Source: an uncultured Candidatus Binatia bacterium
Lineage (GTDB): Bacteria; Desulfobacterota; Binatia; UBA9968; JAJDTQ01
Direction of reading: 5' to 3'
DNA: 64,000 nt
Assembly (NCBI GenBank): GCA_965213675.1
Contig: OZ243916.1
Coordinates: 1,856,001 to 1,920,000 of the forward strand
Made by a program: the position numbers and the translations under genes
Shown: piece after piece, positions 1-8,398 of the stretch
Layout: each line of letters begins with the position of its first letter
Numbering within the stretch: the stretch's first letter is position 1
The notes under the pieces: model-generated
What the model saw: the letters and a program-made list of their open reading frames with translations, nothing else
Told to the model about the DNA's origin: nothing
Databases searched by the model: none

Positions 1-693
1 CGTGATGCCCACCGCGTTGTACTCGCGGCCCGCCAGTTCCACGCCGTCCTTGAGCTGCCGGAGAGTCGGATGCGGCACCAGGTTGTTCACCGGCCGGGCC
101 GCGGCCTTCTCCCGCAGCACGCCGGTGAGCTTGCCGGTGCGCGGGTCCCGGTCCATGTGGCCGCCCTCGGGCTGGGGCGTGTCGTCGTCGATGCCGGCGA
201 GCTTCAGCGCCGCGCTGTTGGCCATCCACACGTGGGACGAGCGGTAGGTCATGACCAGCGGGTTGTCCGGCGCCGCGCTGTCCAGTTCGGCGAGCGTGGG
301 CCAGCGCTTCTCCGCCACCGCGGTGTGTTCGTAGCCCTGGGCCTCGATCCACTGCCCTCTCGGCGTCACCGCCGCGCGCTCGCGGATGCGCGCGAGCACG
401 TCCTCGATGGAGTCGTTGGGCGGCGTGCGCACGTTCACCATCCCCAGACGGATGCCGAAGGACATGAAGTGCGTGTGGGGCTCGATGAAGCCGGGCAGCA
501 CGGTCTTGCCGGCGCAGTCGATGACGCGGGTGTGGCGGCCGGCGCAGTCGCGCACATGCTCGTTGCTTCCCACGTACACGATGCGATCACCCTTGAGCGC
601 CACGGCTTCGGCCGTGGGACGGGCGTCGTCCACCGTAATCACGTGGCCGTTGACCAGTATCGTGTCGGCGTAGAGACTCTCGGGCAGCGCCAT
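1..693 (-). CDS. Amidohydrolase 3 family (YtcJ-like) metal-dependent hydrolase; 3' end runs off the window
   Basis: Not in the ORF track. Hand translation from ATG at 693: MALPESLYADTILVNGHVITVDDARPTAEAVALKGDRIVYVGS...KTVLPGFIEPHTHF...WIEAQGY...ANSAALKLAGI...GKLTGVLRE, open to position 1. It follows the deacylase gene after 4 bp. Confidence 0.85.
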   Translation of the reverse strand, partial: MALPESLYADTILVNGHVITVDDARPTAEAVALKGDRIVYVGSNEHVRDCAGRHTRVIDCAGKTVLPGFIEPHTHFMSFGIRLGMVNVRTPPNDSIEDVLARIRERAAVTPRGQWIEAQGYEHTAVAEKRWPTLAELDSAAPDNPLVMTYRSSHVWMANSAALKLAGIDDDTPQPEGGHMDRDPRTGKLTGVLREKAAARPVNNLVPHPTLRQLKDGVELAGREYNAVGIT

Positions 694-697
694 TGTC

Positions 698-2290
698 TCA
701 CCCCTCCCTTTTGCCGGGTCCGTAGACCACCCGCCCGGGCCGGAGTCCGGTGTGGTCGCCGTTCTCGATGACCATCTGTCCGTTGACGAACACGTAGTCG
801 ACACCCCGGGGATACTGCTTGGGCTCCTCGAAGGTGGCCCGGTCCGTCACCGTGTCCGGGTCGAACACCACCACGTCGGCCCAGTAGCCTTCCCGCAGCA
901 GCCCGCGGTCCTTGAGCCCCAGCACCTGGGCGGGCAGCGAGGTCATCTTGCGCACCGCGTCGGGCAGGGTCAGCACCTTTTCATCGCGCGCGTAGCGGCC
1001 GAGCACGCGCACGTTGGTGCCGAAGCTGCGCGGATGCGGCCGGCCGGGGGAATCGAGGTTCAGGGCGCTGCCGTCCGAGGAGACCGAGATCCAGGGCACG
1101 CGCATGACGTCCTGCACGTCCTGCTCGCGCATGGTGTGGTGGATGCCGTGGATGAAGATGCCCTCGCCATAGATGAGGTCGAAGCAGGTGCTGGCGGGGT
1201 CCTGCTCGCGGATCGCCGCGATCTGGGCGATGGTCTTGCCCTCCCACGCGTGGTGCTCGGGCTTGTCCAGCCGCGCCGCCACGATGCCGTCCCAGCCGCC
1301 GTGCTCGCTCACGTACTGGGTGAACTCGGGATCGTCCATGACCCGCTGGCGAAACGACGGGCTCATGAACTCGCCGATGGTCTCCTGCACGGGGGCATCC
1401 TGCACCCAGCGCGGGAACAGCCGCCGCCACGGGTGCTGCATGGCGGTGTAGGGATACTGGTTGGCGGTGACGTCCAGGCCCTCGCGCCGGGCCTCCTCGA
1501 TCTGCTCCACCACCTCCATCACCCGTCCCCAGTTCTCCTTGGAACGCATCTTGAGGTGGTAGACGTGAATGGGGATGTCGGCCTCGCGTCCCACCTTGAG
1601 CGCCTTCTCCAGCTCCTCCATGATGTCGAAGCCTTCACTGCCCAAGTGCACGCCGTAGTAGCCGCCGTACTTGCGCGCCACCCGCGCCATGGACACCACC
1701 TCGTCCGGGTACTCCGGCCCCTTGGCGTGCCAGGCTGCGGTGAGCCCCAGGGCGCCCTGCTCCATGGCCTGGGCCACGTAGGCGTTCATGCGTTCCTGCT
1801 CCGCCTCGCTGGCCGGCCGTTCCTGGAACCCCACCACCACGCGCTTGACCTGCTGCGGCGACACGCCCGATGCCACGTTCATGGAGATGCCGCCCGCGGC
1901 GAGCCGGTCGAAGTACTCGCTGAAGGTGGACCAGTCGGCCTCGATGCCGCTCCGGTGCCGGTGCTCGGCCACGTATTCCTCGAAGACCGGCCCCACCAGC
2001 GGCGCCACAGTCTGGCTCTCGCCGATGATGTCCAGGGTCACGCCCTGACGGATCTTGCTCTCGCCATTGCCGTCCTTGATGAGCGGCTGGTCGCTGTGGG
2101 TGTGCATGTCGATGAAGCCGGGGGTCACCATCTTGCCGCGCACGTCGATGGAGCGCGTCCCGGAGGTCGGGTCCAGCCGCCCCATGGCCACGATGCGACC
2201 GTCCCTTATGGCCAGGTCGCCGTAGTACCAGGGGTTGCCCGCGCCGTCGATGATCGCCCCGCCGTGAAGCACGGTATCGTAGATCGCCAT
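698..2290 (-). CDS. N-acyl-D-amino-acid deacylase (D-aminoacylase) family amidohydrolase
   Basis: PGFIDMHTHSD metal motif, ANQYPYTA, SSDG...PHPRSFG and DRGLLREGYWADVVVFDP; AGGAGG RBS upstream. Confidence 0.9.
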   Translation of the reverse strand: MAIYDTVLHGGAIIDGAGNPWYYGDLAIRDGRIVAMGRLDPTSGTRSIDVRGKMVTPGFIDMHTHSDQPLIKDGNGESKIRQGVTLDIIGESQTVAPLVGPVFEEYVAEHRHRSGIEADWSTFSEYFDRLAAGGISMNVASGVSPQQVKRVVVGFQERPASEAEQERMNAYVAQAMEQGALGLTAAWHAKGPEYPDEVVSMARVARKYGGYYGVHLGSEGFDIMEELEKALKVGREADIPIHVYHLKMRSKENWGRVMEVVEQIEEARREGLDVTANQYPYTAMQHPWRRLFPRWVQDAPVQETIGEFMSPSFRQRVMDDPEFTQYVSEHGGWDGIVAARLDKPEHHAWEGKTIAQIAAIREQDPASTCFDLIYGEGIFIHGIHHTMREQDVQDVMRVPWISVSSDGSALNLDSPGRPHPRSFGTNVRVLGRYARDEKVLTLPDAVRKMTSLPAQVLGLKDRGLLREGYWADVVVFDPDTVTDRATFEEPKQYPRGVDYVFVNGQMVIENGDHTGLRPGRVVYGPGKREG

Positions 2291-2772
2291 GGTCCGATGG
2301 TCCCTCCTGGCGCGCCTTTCGTCTCACACGGTCGGCGCGCGCCTTGCCGGCAAACAGAGTTCCTGCGCATCGTGGGACACGATGGCATGGTACAGGCCCA
2401 GGAGCTTGCGCCGCAGGAATTCGCGAAAGCGACAATTCGCTATTGCCGTCTTCGCTATCGCCGTCCCTTCGGCCCCTCGATTGAGGAGAATACCATGTCA
2501 CATTTGACGAAATCGAGCGACTGAAGGGACGGATGAGATTCGATTTGCAGCCGTGAATTGCTGCGGCGCAACATCCTGGCGCCCCCGCCGCCGGGTCACA
2601 ACGTCTCGCCCTCCGGAAAGTCCTCTTCGGAAGGTTTGTTTGACTTTGTGTGGGCAATGTTGGGAGACTGTCCGTATTGTAGTCTGCCCTTGGCGGCATG
2701 GATCCGCTGATCCGAGTCCTCCACCAGGAGGCGCGGCAGGCGATCTCAGGCCCGAAACCCGGGAGGTGAAAC

Positions 2773-4431
2773 GTGAGCGACGAGCAACTTTACGGCGACA
2801 ACCCCATTGCCCAACGCAAGACCGACCAATACAAGCGGGAGTACGTCCACAGCTTCGTGCGGAAGTGGGACGAACTCATCGACTGGGACGCGCGCGCCGC
2901 CAGCGAGGGCGACTTCTTCATCAAGATGCTCAAGGAACGCGGCGTGGAACGCGTGCTGGACGTGGCCACCGGCACCGGCTTTCACTCCATCCGGCTGCTG
3001 AAGGCGGGCTTCGACGTCACCAGCGTGGACGGCAGCCCCGAGATGCTGGCCCAGGCCTTTGAGAATGCCCGGCAGCAGGGTTTCATCATGAAGACCCTTC
3101 ATGCCGACTGGCGCTGGTTGAGCCGCGACGTTCACACCCAGTACGATGCGGTCATCTGTCTGGGCAATTCGCTGACCCATCTGTTCTCGGAGCAGGATCG
3201 CCGCAAGGCCCTCGCCGAGTTCTACTCGGTTCTTCAGCACGACGGCGTCCTGGTCCTGGACCAACGCAACTACGACGACATCCTCGACGATGGGTTCACC
3301 TCCAAGCACATCTATTACTACTGCGGCGACAACGTGAGCGCCGAGCCGGAGTACGTCGACGAGGGGTTGGCACGGTTCCGCTACCAGTTTCCGGACAACT
3401 CCGTATTCCATCTGAACATGTTTCCCCTGCGCAAGGACTACGTGCGCAAGCTCATGGGCGAGGTGGGGTTCCAGCAGGTCAAGACCTATGCCGACTTCCA
3501 GGAATCCCACCGCGTGGAGGATCCCGACTTCTTCATCCACGTGGCGGAGAAGCTATACAAGAACGAGGAGCGTCCGGTCCGCAACGGCACCGCGGTGGCC
3601 ACGTCGTATTCGGGCACGGTGGAGACCGCCCGGGATTACTACAACAGCAACGACGCGGATCGCTTCTACGCCACCGTGTGGGGCGGCGAGGACATCCACA
3701 TCGGGCTGTACGAAAGCGAGGGCGACACCATCTTCGACGCCAGCCGGCGCACCGTGCAGCGGATGGCTTCCATGCTCGATCCCCTGGAGTCCGCGACCCG
3801 CGTGCTCGACATCGGCTCCGGGTACGGCGGTTCCGCCCGCTACCTGGTGGAGCAGTTCGGTTGCAACGTCGGCTGCCTCAACCTGAGCGAAGTCCAGAAC
3901 GCGCGCAATCGCGAGCTGAACGGCCGGAGAAACCTGTCCCTGGCCATCAACGTGGTGGACGGCAGCTTCGAAGACATTCCCATGCCGGATGACAGCGTGG
4001 ACGTGGTGTGGTCCCAGGACGCCATCCTGCACAGCGGCCAGCGGGAACGGGTGTTCGAGGAAGTCGCCCGGGTCCTGTCCCAGGGCGGTCAACTGATCTT
4101 CACCGACCCCATGCAGCACGAGGACTGCCCGACGGAAGTCCTGGAGCCGATCCTGGACCGCATCCATCTCGATTCCCTGGGATCGGTTCCACGTTACCGG
4201 ACGATATTGTCGCGCCTGGGGTTTGAAGAGATCGAGTTCGTCGACCTGACGCCGCACCTGGCCGCCCACTACGCCCGGGTCCTGGACGAAATCCAGGCCA
4301 ATCAGTGGGACCTGGTCAAGGTGTGCAGCGAGGAGTACATCGATCGCATGAAGACGGGCCTGCAACACTGGGTGGACGGCGGCAAGGCGGGCCACCTCCA
4401 GTGGGGCATTCTGCACTTCCGGAAGTCCTGA
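2773..4431 (+). CDS. Fused glycine/sarcosine N-methyltransferase + sarcosine/dimethylglycine N-methyltransferase (glycine betaine synthesis)
   Basis: The N-half has KWDELIDW, LDVATGTGFH, ICLGNSLTHLF and YYYCGD (GSMT). The C-half has YYNSNDADRFY..VWGGEDIHIGLY, LDIGSGYGG and WSQDAILHS (SDMT). GGAGG RBS precedes the GTG start. Confidence 0.9.
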   Translation: MSDEQLYGDNPIAQRKTDQYKREYVHSFVRKWDELIDWDARAASEGDFFIKMLKERGVERVLDVATGTGFHSIRLLKAGFDVTSVDGSPEMLAQAFENARQQGFIMKTLHADWRWLSRDVHTQYDAVICLGNSLTHLFSEQDRRKALAEFYSVLQHDGVLVLDQRNYDDILDDGFTSKHIYYYCGDNVSAEPEYVDEGLARFRYQFPDNSVFHLNMFPLRKDYVRKLMGEVGFQQVKTYADFQESHRVEDPDFFIHVAEKLYKNEERPVRNGTAVATSYSGTVETARDYYNSNDADRFYATVWGGEDIHIGLYESEGDTIFDASRRTVQRMASMLDPLESATRVLDIGSGYGGSARYLVEQFGCNVGCLNLSEVQNARNRELNGRRNLSLAINVVDGSFEDIPMPDDSVDVVWSQDAILHSGQRERVFEEVARVLSQGGQLIFTDPMQHEDCPTEVLEPILDRIHLDSLGSVPRYRTILSRLGFEEIEFVDLTPHLAAHYARVLDEIQANQWDLVKVCSEEYIDRMKTGLQHWVDGGKAGHLQWGILHFRKS

Positions 4432-4453
4432 CGGCGCCCGAAGGAGTCCCGCG

Positions 4454-4493
4454 TACCCTGGAAATTCGGCAGTGGAGCCGAATCTCCAGGGTA
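4454..4493. terminator. 17-bp inverted repeat hairpin between convergent genes
   Basis: TACCCTGGAAATTCGGC-AGTGGA-GCCGAATCTCCAGGGTA, one mismatch; no U-tract. Confidence 0.5.
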
Positions 4494-4701
4494 TTCGCCG
4501 GATCCACGTATTCCGTGACGCCGCCGAGGAATACGTGACAACCCATGACGCCGCTCTCACCTTCTGCAAGGTGGCGCACGAACAACGCCCGGGAACTCTT
4601 CCCGATGCCGCGTTCTCCGCTGACGAACCCGATGCGGAAGTTGCCTGCTGCAGCCGCCTTTGCCATGCCGCGCAGGCGCTCTATCTCGTCACCCCGTCCG
4701 C
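4494..4701 (-). pseudogene. N-terminal fragment of an AAA_16/P-loop ATPase
   Basis: Minus frame reads GRGDEIERLRGMAKAAAAGNFRIGFVSGERGIGKSS (GRxxE..L lead-in plus Walker A). There is no proper start, and similarity ends at the hairpin. Confidence 0.65.
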
Positions 4702-5772
4702 CTACCAGCCCACCGGGCTCGCCAGGCGGCCGCCGATTTCCGGGGAGTCCGCGGCGTAGCGGTAGACCCGGAACATGCTGTTGCCCGGGCCGCGGCCCTC
4801 GTAGTCGGCGAAGAACGGGCAGACGTACTCCCATACGATCTCGCCCGCCTGGGTGATCTCGAACGCCCGTCCCATCTGTCCCTCGCAGATGAGCGTGTTG
4901 CCGTTGTCGAAGCGCTGGGCGCCGCTGATGTTGGGGCTGAAGAAGGTCCAGATGGGCGAGCCCTTGTACTGCCACACGGTTTCCCCGGTCTCCGGGTCCA
5001 GTTCGATGACACGCGAGTAGGGGTTTTCAAGGCAATGAATGCCGTTGGCGAACAGCAGGATGTTGCCGTTGGGCAGCACCGTGCAGTCGTGCTGATGGCC
5101 CCAGGTGACGTCCTGGTGGGACCAGCGCACCTTGCGGGTCTCACGGTCGATCATCATGATGGCGTTCAGGCGCCGGAAGCTGAGCATCACGCCGCCGTCG
5201 GCCAGCGGGAAACACGCGTTGGCATGGGCGAACTCGTCGCGCCCGCAGCACGGACACATCGCCCAGCGGTCCAGTTCCAGGTCGCGCCACGCGTGCCATT
5301 GCCACACCGTGTCGCCGGCGGGCGACACCTCACGCACGTAGTCGCCGTAGGTGACCCCGTCGCGCTCGCTGCCCGGCCGTCCGCCCTGGATGCGCGGCTG
5401 CACGTCCGCGGGCACCGGCTCCCAGCCGATGTAGAGGGTGTTGCCATCGGGTCGCCTGCGGAAGTCGTGGTGCTGAGCCGGGTCGCAGTACTCCCACACC
5501 ACCTCGCCGTCCCACGTGTACTCCCGCAGGAGGCCGCCCTTGCCGCGCCGCAAGGGCGGTCCCTCATCCATGCGCCCGGCCCACAGCAGGTTGCCGGTGG
5601 GCAGCAGGTAGGCGTAGTTCCCCGGGCACAGGGGGAACGACCACTCGTGCAGCACCTCGCCGCGCATGCCGATGAGGTACGCCTTGCGGGAGGACTGCGG
5701 CACGATGAGCGTGTAGCCCGGCGTGGCCTTGGCCCGGTCGTGCACCAGCACGCCCAGATCACGATAGCGCAT
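4702..5772 (-). CDS. Arylsulfotransferase (ASST)-like beta-propeller protein
   Basis: QHHDF, AHANAC, HQHDC, ILLFANG, SRVIELD and ISGAQRFDNGNTLICEG motifs; no signal peptide. Confidence 0.8.
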   Translation of the reverse strand: MRYRDLGVLVHDRAKATPGYTLIVPQSSRKAYLIGMRGEVLHEWSFPLCPGNYAYLLPTGNLLWAGRMDEGPPLRRGKGGLLREYTWDGEVVWEYCDPAQHHDFRRRPDGNTLYIGWEPVPADVQPRIQGGRPGSERDGVTYGDYVREVSPAGDTVWQWHAWRDLELDRWAMCPCCGRDEFAHANACFPLADGGVMLSFRRLNAIMMIDRETRKVRWSHQDVTWGHQHDCTVLPNGNILLFANGIHCLENPYSRVIELDPETGETVWQYKGSPIWTFFSPNISGAQRFDNGNTLICEGQMGRAFEITQAGEIVWEYVCPFFADYEGRGPGNSMFRVYRYAADSPEIGGRLASPVGW

Positions 5773-5852
5773 GGGGCCTCCTTGTCGTCATGACCCGTAC
5801 GCCCGGTGTGCCTCCACTCCTGGAACTTTCCCAAGTTGTGGCGGAACGCGCC

Positions 5853-7289
5853 TCAGCCCACCGGGGGTTTCCGCGTATGCCACCCTGCGGCCTGCTCGTA
5901 GGCGTGGGCGACCTGCAACAGTAAGGGCTCTTCAAAGTGAGGCGCGGCGATTTGCAGCCCGATGGGGAGACCCTGGGCGGAGAAACCGCAGGGCACGCTG
6001 ATGGCAGGGGCGCCGGTGACGTTGAACGGAATGGTGCATAGCGTACCGCGGGTGCCGCGGGCGTCCTGCAGCGGGATCGGCCCGTTCTCCGTGTCCACGT
6101 ACCCTTGCTTGCACTCATCCATGGTTTCCGCCGGCATGCTGACGGACGGACTCACGATGACGTCCACCTGCTCGAAGGCCCGATCGAAGGCTTCGCAGAC
6201 AAGACGGCGCACCCGTTGCGCTGTGACGTAGGCGTGGGCGGGAATCGCCAGGGCGCGCACCTGCCGGTAGAGAAGTTCGGGACTGAAGTCGCGCGGCCGG
6301 GCGCGCAGGAACGGCTCGGCCGGGGACAGGTTCTCGGCCCGCGCGGTGACAAGCTGCACCATGGGGACATGTTCCACGTAGGGGACCGACAGCTCCCGCA
6401 CCACCATGCCCAGGGACTCCAGCACGCCCACCGCGTTGGCCACCGCCTCCTTTACCTCGTCCACCGCCAAGTCGTCGAAGTAGTCGCGGATGACGCCGAT
6501 CCTGAGGCCGGTGACGCCCTCGCCCACGCGCGCGCCAAAGTCCGGCACCGGGGCGTGGCTGGACAGAGGGTCCTTGGGGTCGCGGCCGGCGATGGCTTGC
6601 AGCATCAGCGCGCTGTCACGCACCGTGCGCGAAAGCACGCCGAAATGGTCGGTGGAATAGCCGCCGGTGCCGGCCACGCCGCCGTAACGGCTCACCCGGC
6701 CGTAGGTGGCCTTGAGCCCCACGACGCCGCACAGGGACGCCGGGTTGCGCACCGAGCCCGCGTTGTCGGTGCCGATGGAGCCCAAGGCCAGGCCCGCGGC
6801 CACGGACGCGGCCGAGCCGCCGCTGGACCCGCCTGGAACGCGATTACGGTCCCAGGGGTTGCGCGTGGCGCCGTACCAGGGGTTGATGGTGGTGCAGCCC
6901 GCGGCCCACTCGTGCAGGTTGGTCTTGCCGACGATCACCGCCCCGGCCTGTTTGAGCCGGGCCACCACGGTGGCGTCCTCGTCCGGCACCCAGTCCCACA
7001 GGTGTTTGGCGCCCGCGGTGGTGCGCACGCCCGCGGTGGCGAGGCTGTCCTTGATGGAGACGGGGATGCCGTGCAGCGCGCCGCGGTAGCGGCCCGCGGC
7101 GATGTCGGCGTCGGCGCGCTCGGCGTCGGCCAGGGACGGCTCGCGCATCACCGTGACGAACGTGTGGAAGTCCGGATCCAGGCGGTCGATGCGTTCCAGG
7201 TACGCCCGGGTCAACTCCACCGCCGAGACCTCGCGCGCCTCCAGACGGCGCGCGGCCTCGGCCATGGTGAGCGCATCCAGGTCTATCAC
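5853..7289 (-). CDS. Amidase signature family protein (GatA/AtzE-like)
   Basis: LHGIPVSIKD, GKTNLHE, PGGSSGGS and GTDNAGSVRNPA. The real start is GTG 7289, overlapping the upstream TGA (GTGA); the 745-aa ORF extension is spurious. Confidence 0.9.
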   Translation of the reverse strand: MIDLDALTMAEAARRLEAREVSAVELTRAYLERIDRLDPDFHTFVTVMREPSLADAERADADIAAGRYRGALHGIPVSIKDSLATAGVRTTAGAKHLWDWVPDEDATVVARLKQAGAVIVGKTNLHEWAAGCTTINPWYGATRNPWDRNRVPGGSSGGSAASVAAGLALGSIGTDNAGSVRNPASLCGVVGLKATYGRVSRYGGVAGTGGYSTDHFGVLSRTVRDSALMLQAIAGRDPKDPLSSHAPVPDFGARVGEGVTGLRIGVIRDYFDDLAVDEVKEAVANAVGVLESLGMVVRELSVPYVEHVPMVQLVTARAENLSPAEPFLRARPRDFSPELLYRQVRALAIPAHAYVTAQRVRRLVCEAFDRAFEQVDVIVSPSVSMPAETMDECKQGYVDTENGPIPLQDARGTRGTLCTIPFNVTGAPAISVPCGFSAQGLPIGLQIAAPHFEEPLLLQVAHAYEQAAGWHTRKPPVG

Positions 7290-8242
7290 AGATACCCCTG
7301 GTCCTTGCAGAACCGCTCGGCTCCGGGATGGAGCGGCACGTCCAGAGGGGTGGCGTCGGTATCCTTCCACAACTGATCGATGCCGGTGAGCGTCTCCCAG
7401 TAGATCTCGTTCTGCCGTTCCTTGAGCGCCGCGCACACCTTGTACACGTCCTCCTCCGGCAGCGAAGCGCTGGCATAGAGGGGCCAGCCGCCGTAGTCCA
7501 GGCAGGTGTGGTCCGCGGTGAGGTGCGGATAGCGGCCCGCGGGAATGCTCACCTTGCGCCAACCCAGGGCACCGAGCTTCTCGAAGGCCCAATCCTCCAG
7601 GGTCATCGGCTCCATGCCGCGGGCCAGGGACTCGTCGAACCACAGGATCAGGCCCTCGTCGAACACCGCGTCGATGGTCTCGTCCCGCAGCGCGGACAGG
7701 CGCCGTTCGTCGCCGGGACCGCCGTTGAGCTGGAGGCTGCCGCCCCATGACTCGAGGTCCGCCACCGAGAACCCGTGGAGCGCCAGGGTCTGGTCCAGCA
7801 GCACCCGGGTGGAGTGGGTCGGGTCTTCGCGGATGGACAGCCGCAACGGGTACTTCCGTTCCTTGATCTGCGACAGCGAAGTCAAACCGGTGCGCGGGTG
7901 CATCATGAACACGAAACGATCCCAGGACGGATAACAGGCCACCACGCGCAGCGGCAGCGGCTCCGCAAACAGTCCGGTGCCGCGGTACGCCTGGGTCAGA
8001 AAGGCCGACGGGTTCACCATCGCCATCTCCAGTTCGCCCCTGGCCACCGCGTGGGCGATGATGGGCGAGCCCGTGGACATGCGCAGCCACGGCCTAAAAT
8101 TCTCCGCCGACCCGCTGCCCACGGAAATGCACATGTCCCGGTTGCCGTAATACGGCGTGTCCGGATCACCGGCGACGTGCAGCCCGATCTGCCACAGCAT
8201 CAGGCCGCGTTGAAAATTGGCTCCACGGGGGAGTCGTTCCAT
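7286..8242 (-). CDS. TAXI-family solute-binding-protein-like protein without signal peptide
   Basis: TAXI C-terminal motif PLHPGAERF...GYL, plus IPAGRYP and AYRGTGLF; AAGGAG RBS; no hydrophobic N-terminal leader. Confidence 0.65.
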   Translation of the reverse strand: MERLPRGANFQRGLMLWQIGLHVAGDPDTPYYGNRDMCISVGSGSAENFRPWLRMSTGSPIIAHAVARGELEMAMVNPSAFLTQAYRGTGLFAEPLPLRVVACYPSWDRFVFMMHPRTGLTSLSQIKERKYPLRLSIREDPTHSTRVLLDQTLALHGFSVADLESWGGSLQLNGGPGDERRLSALRDETIDAVFDEGLILWFDESLARGMEPMTLEDWAFEKLGALGWRKVSIPAGRYPHLTADHTCLDYGGWPLYASASLPEEDVYKVCAALKERQNEIYWETLTGIDQLWKDTDATPLDVPLHPGAERFCKDQGYL

Positions 8243-8398
8243 GTTGCTCGCTCCTTGTTCAGTTGGGCCGGCGCATTCCGGCAGATCCTTGTGAAACCGA
8301 CTCGACCGGCAGACTGACTCTGGAACCGGTCCGTGCAGGGGCGACCGCCCGGCGATCAGCCACGACAGTCGCGCGTCTGGTCGCCGGAGAGACGGGTC

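Noticed and set aside
2640-2765. Possible glycine or SAM riboswitch before the methyltransferase (GGAGA...TCTCAGG)
   Set aside because: It lacks the CCGAAG core and tandem aptamer of glycine riboswitches and the conserved SAM-I/II motifs.
5853-8090. 745-aa extended amidase
   Set aside because: The extension overlaps the TAXI-like gene out of frame. The true start is GTG 7289.
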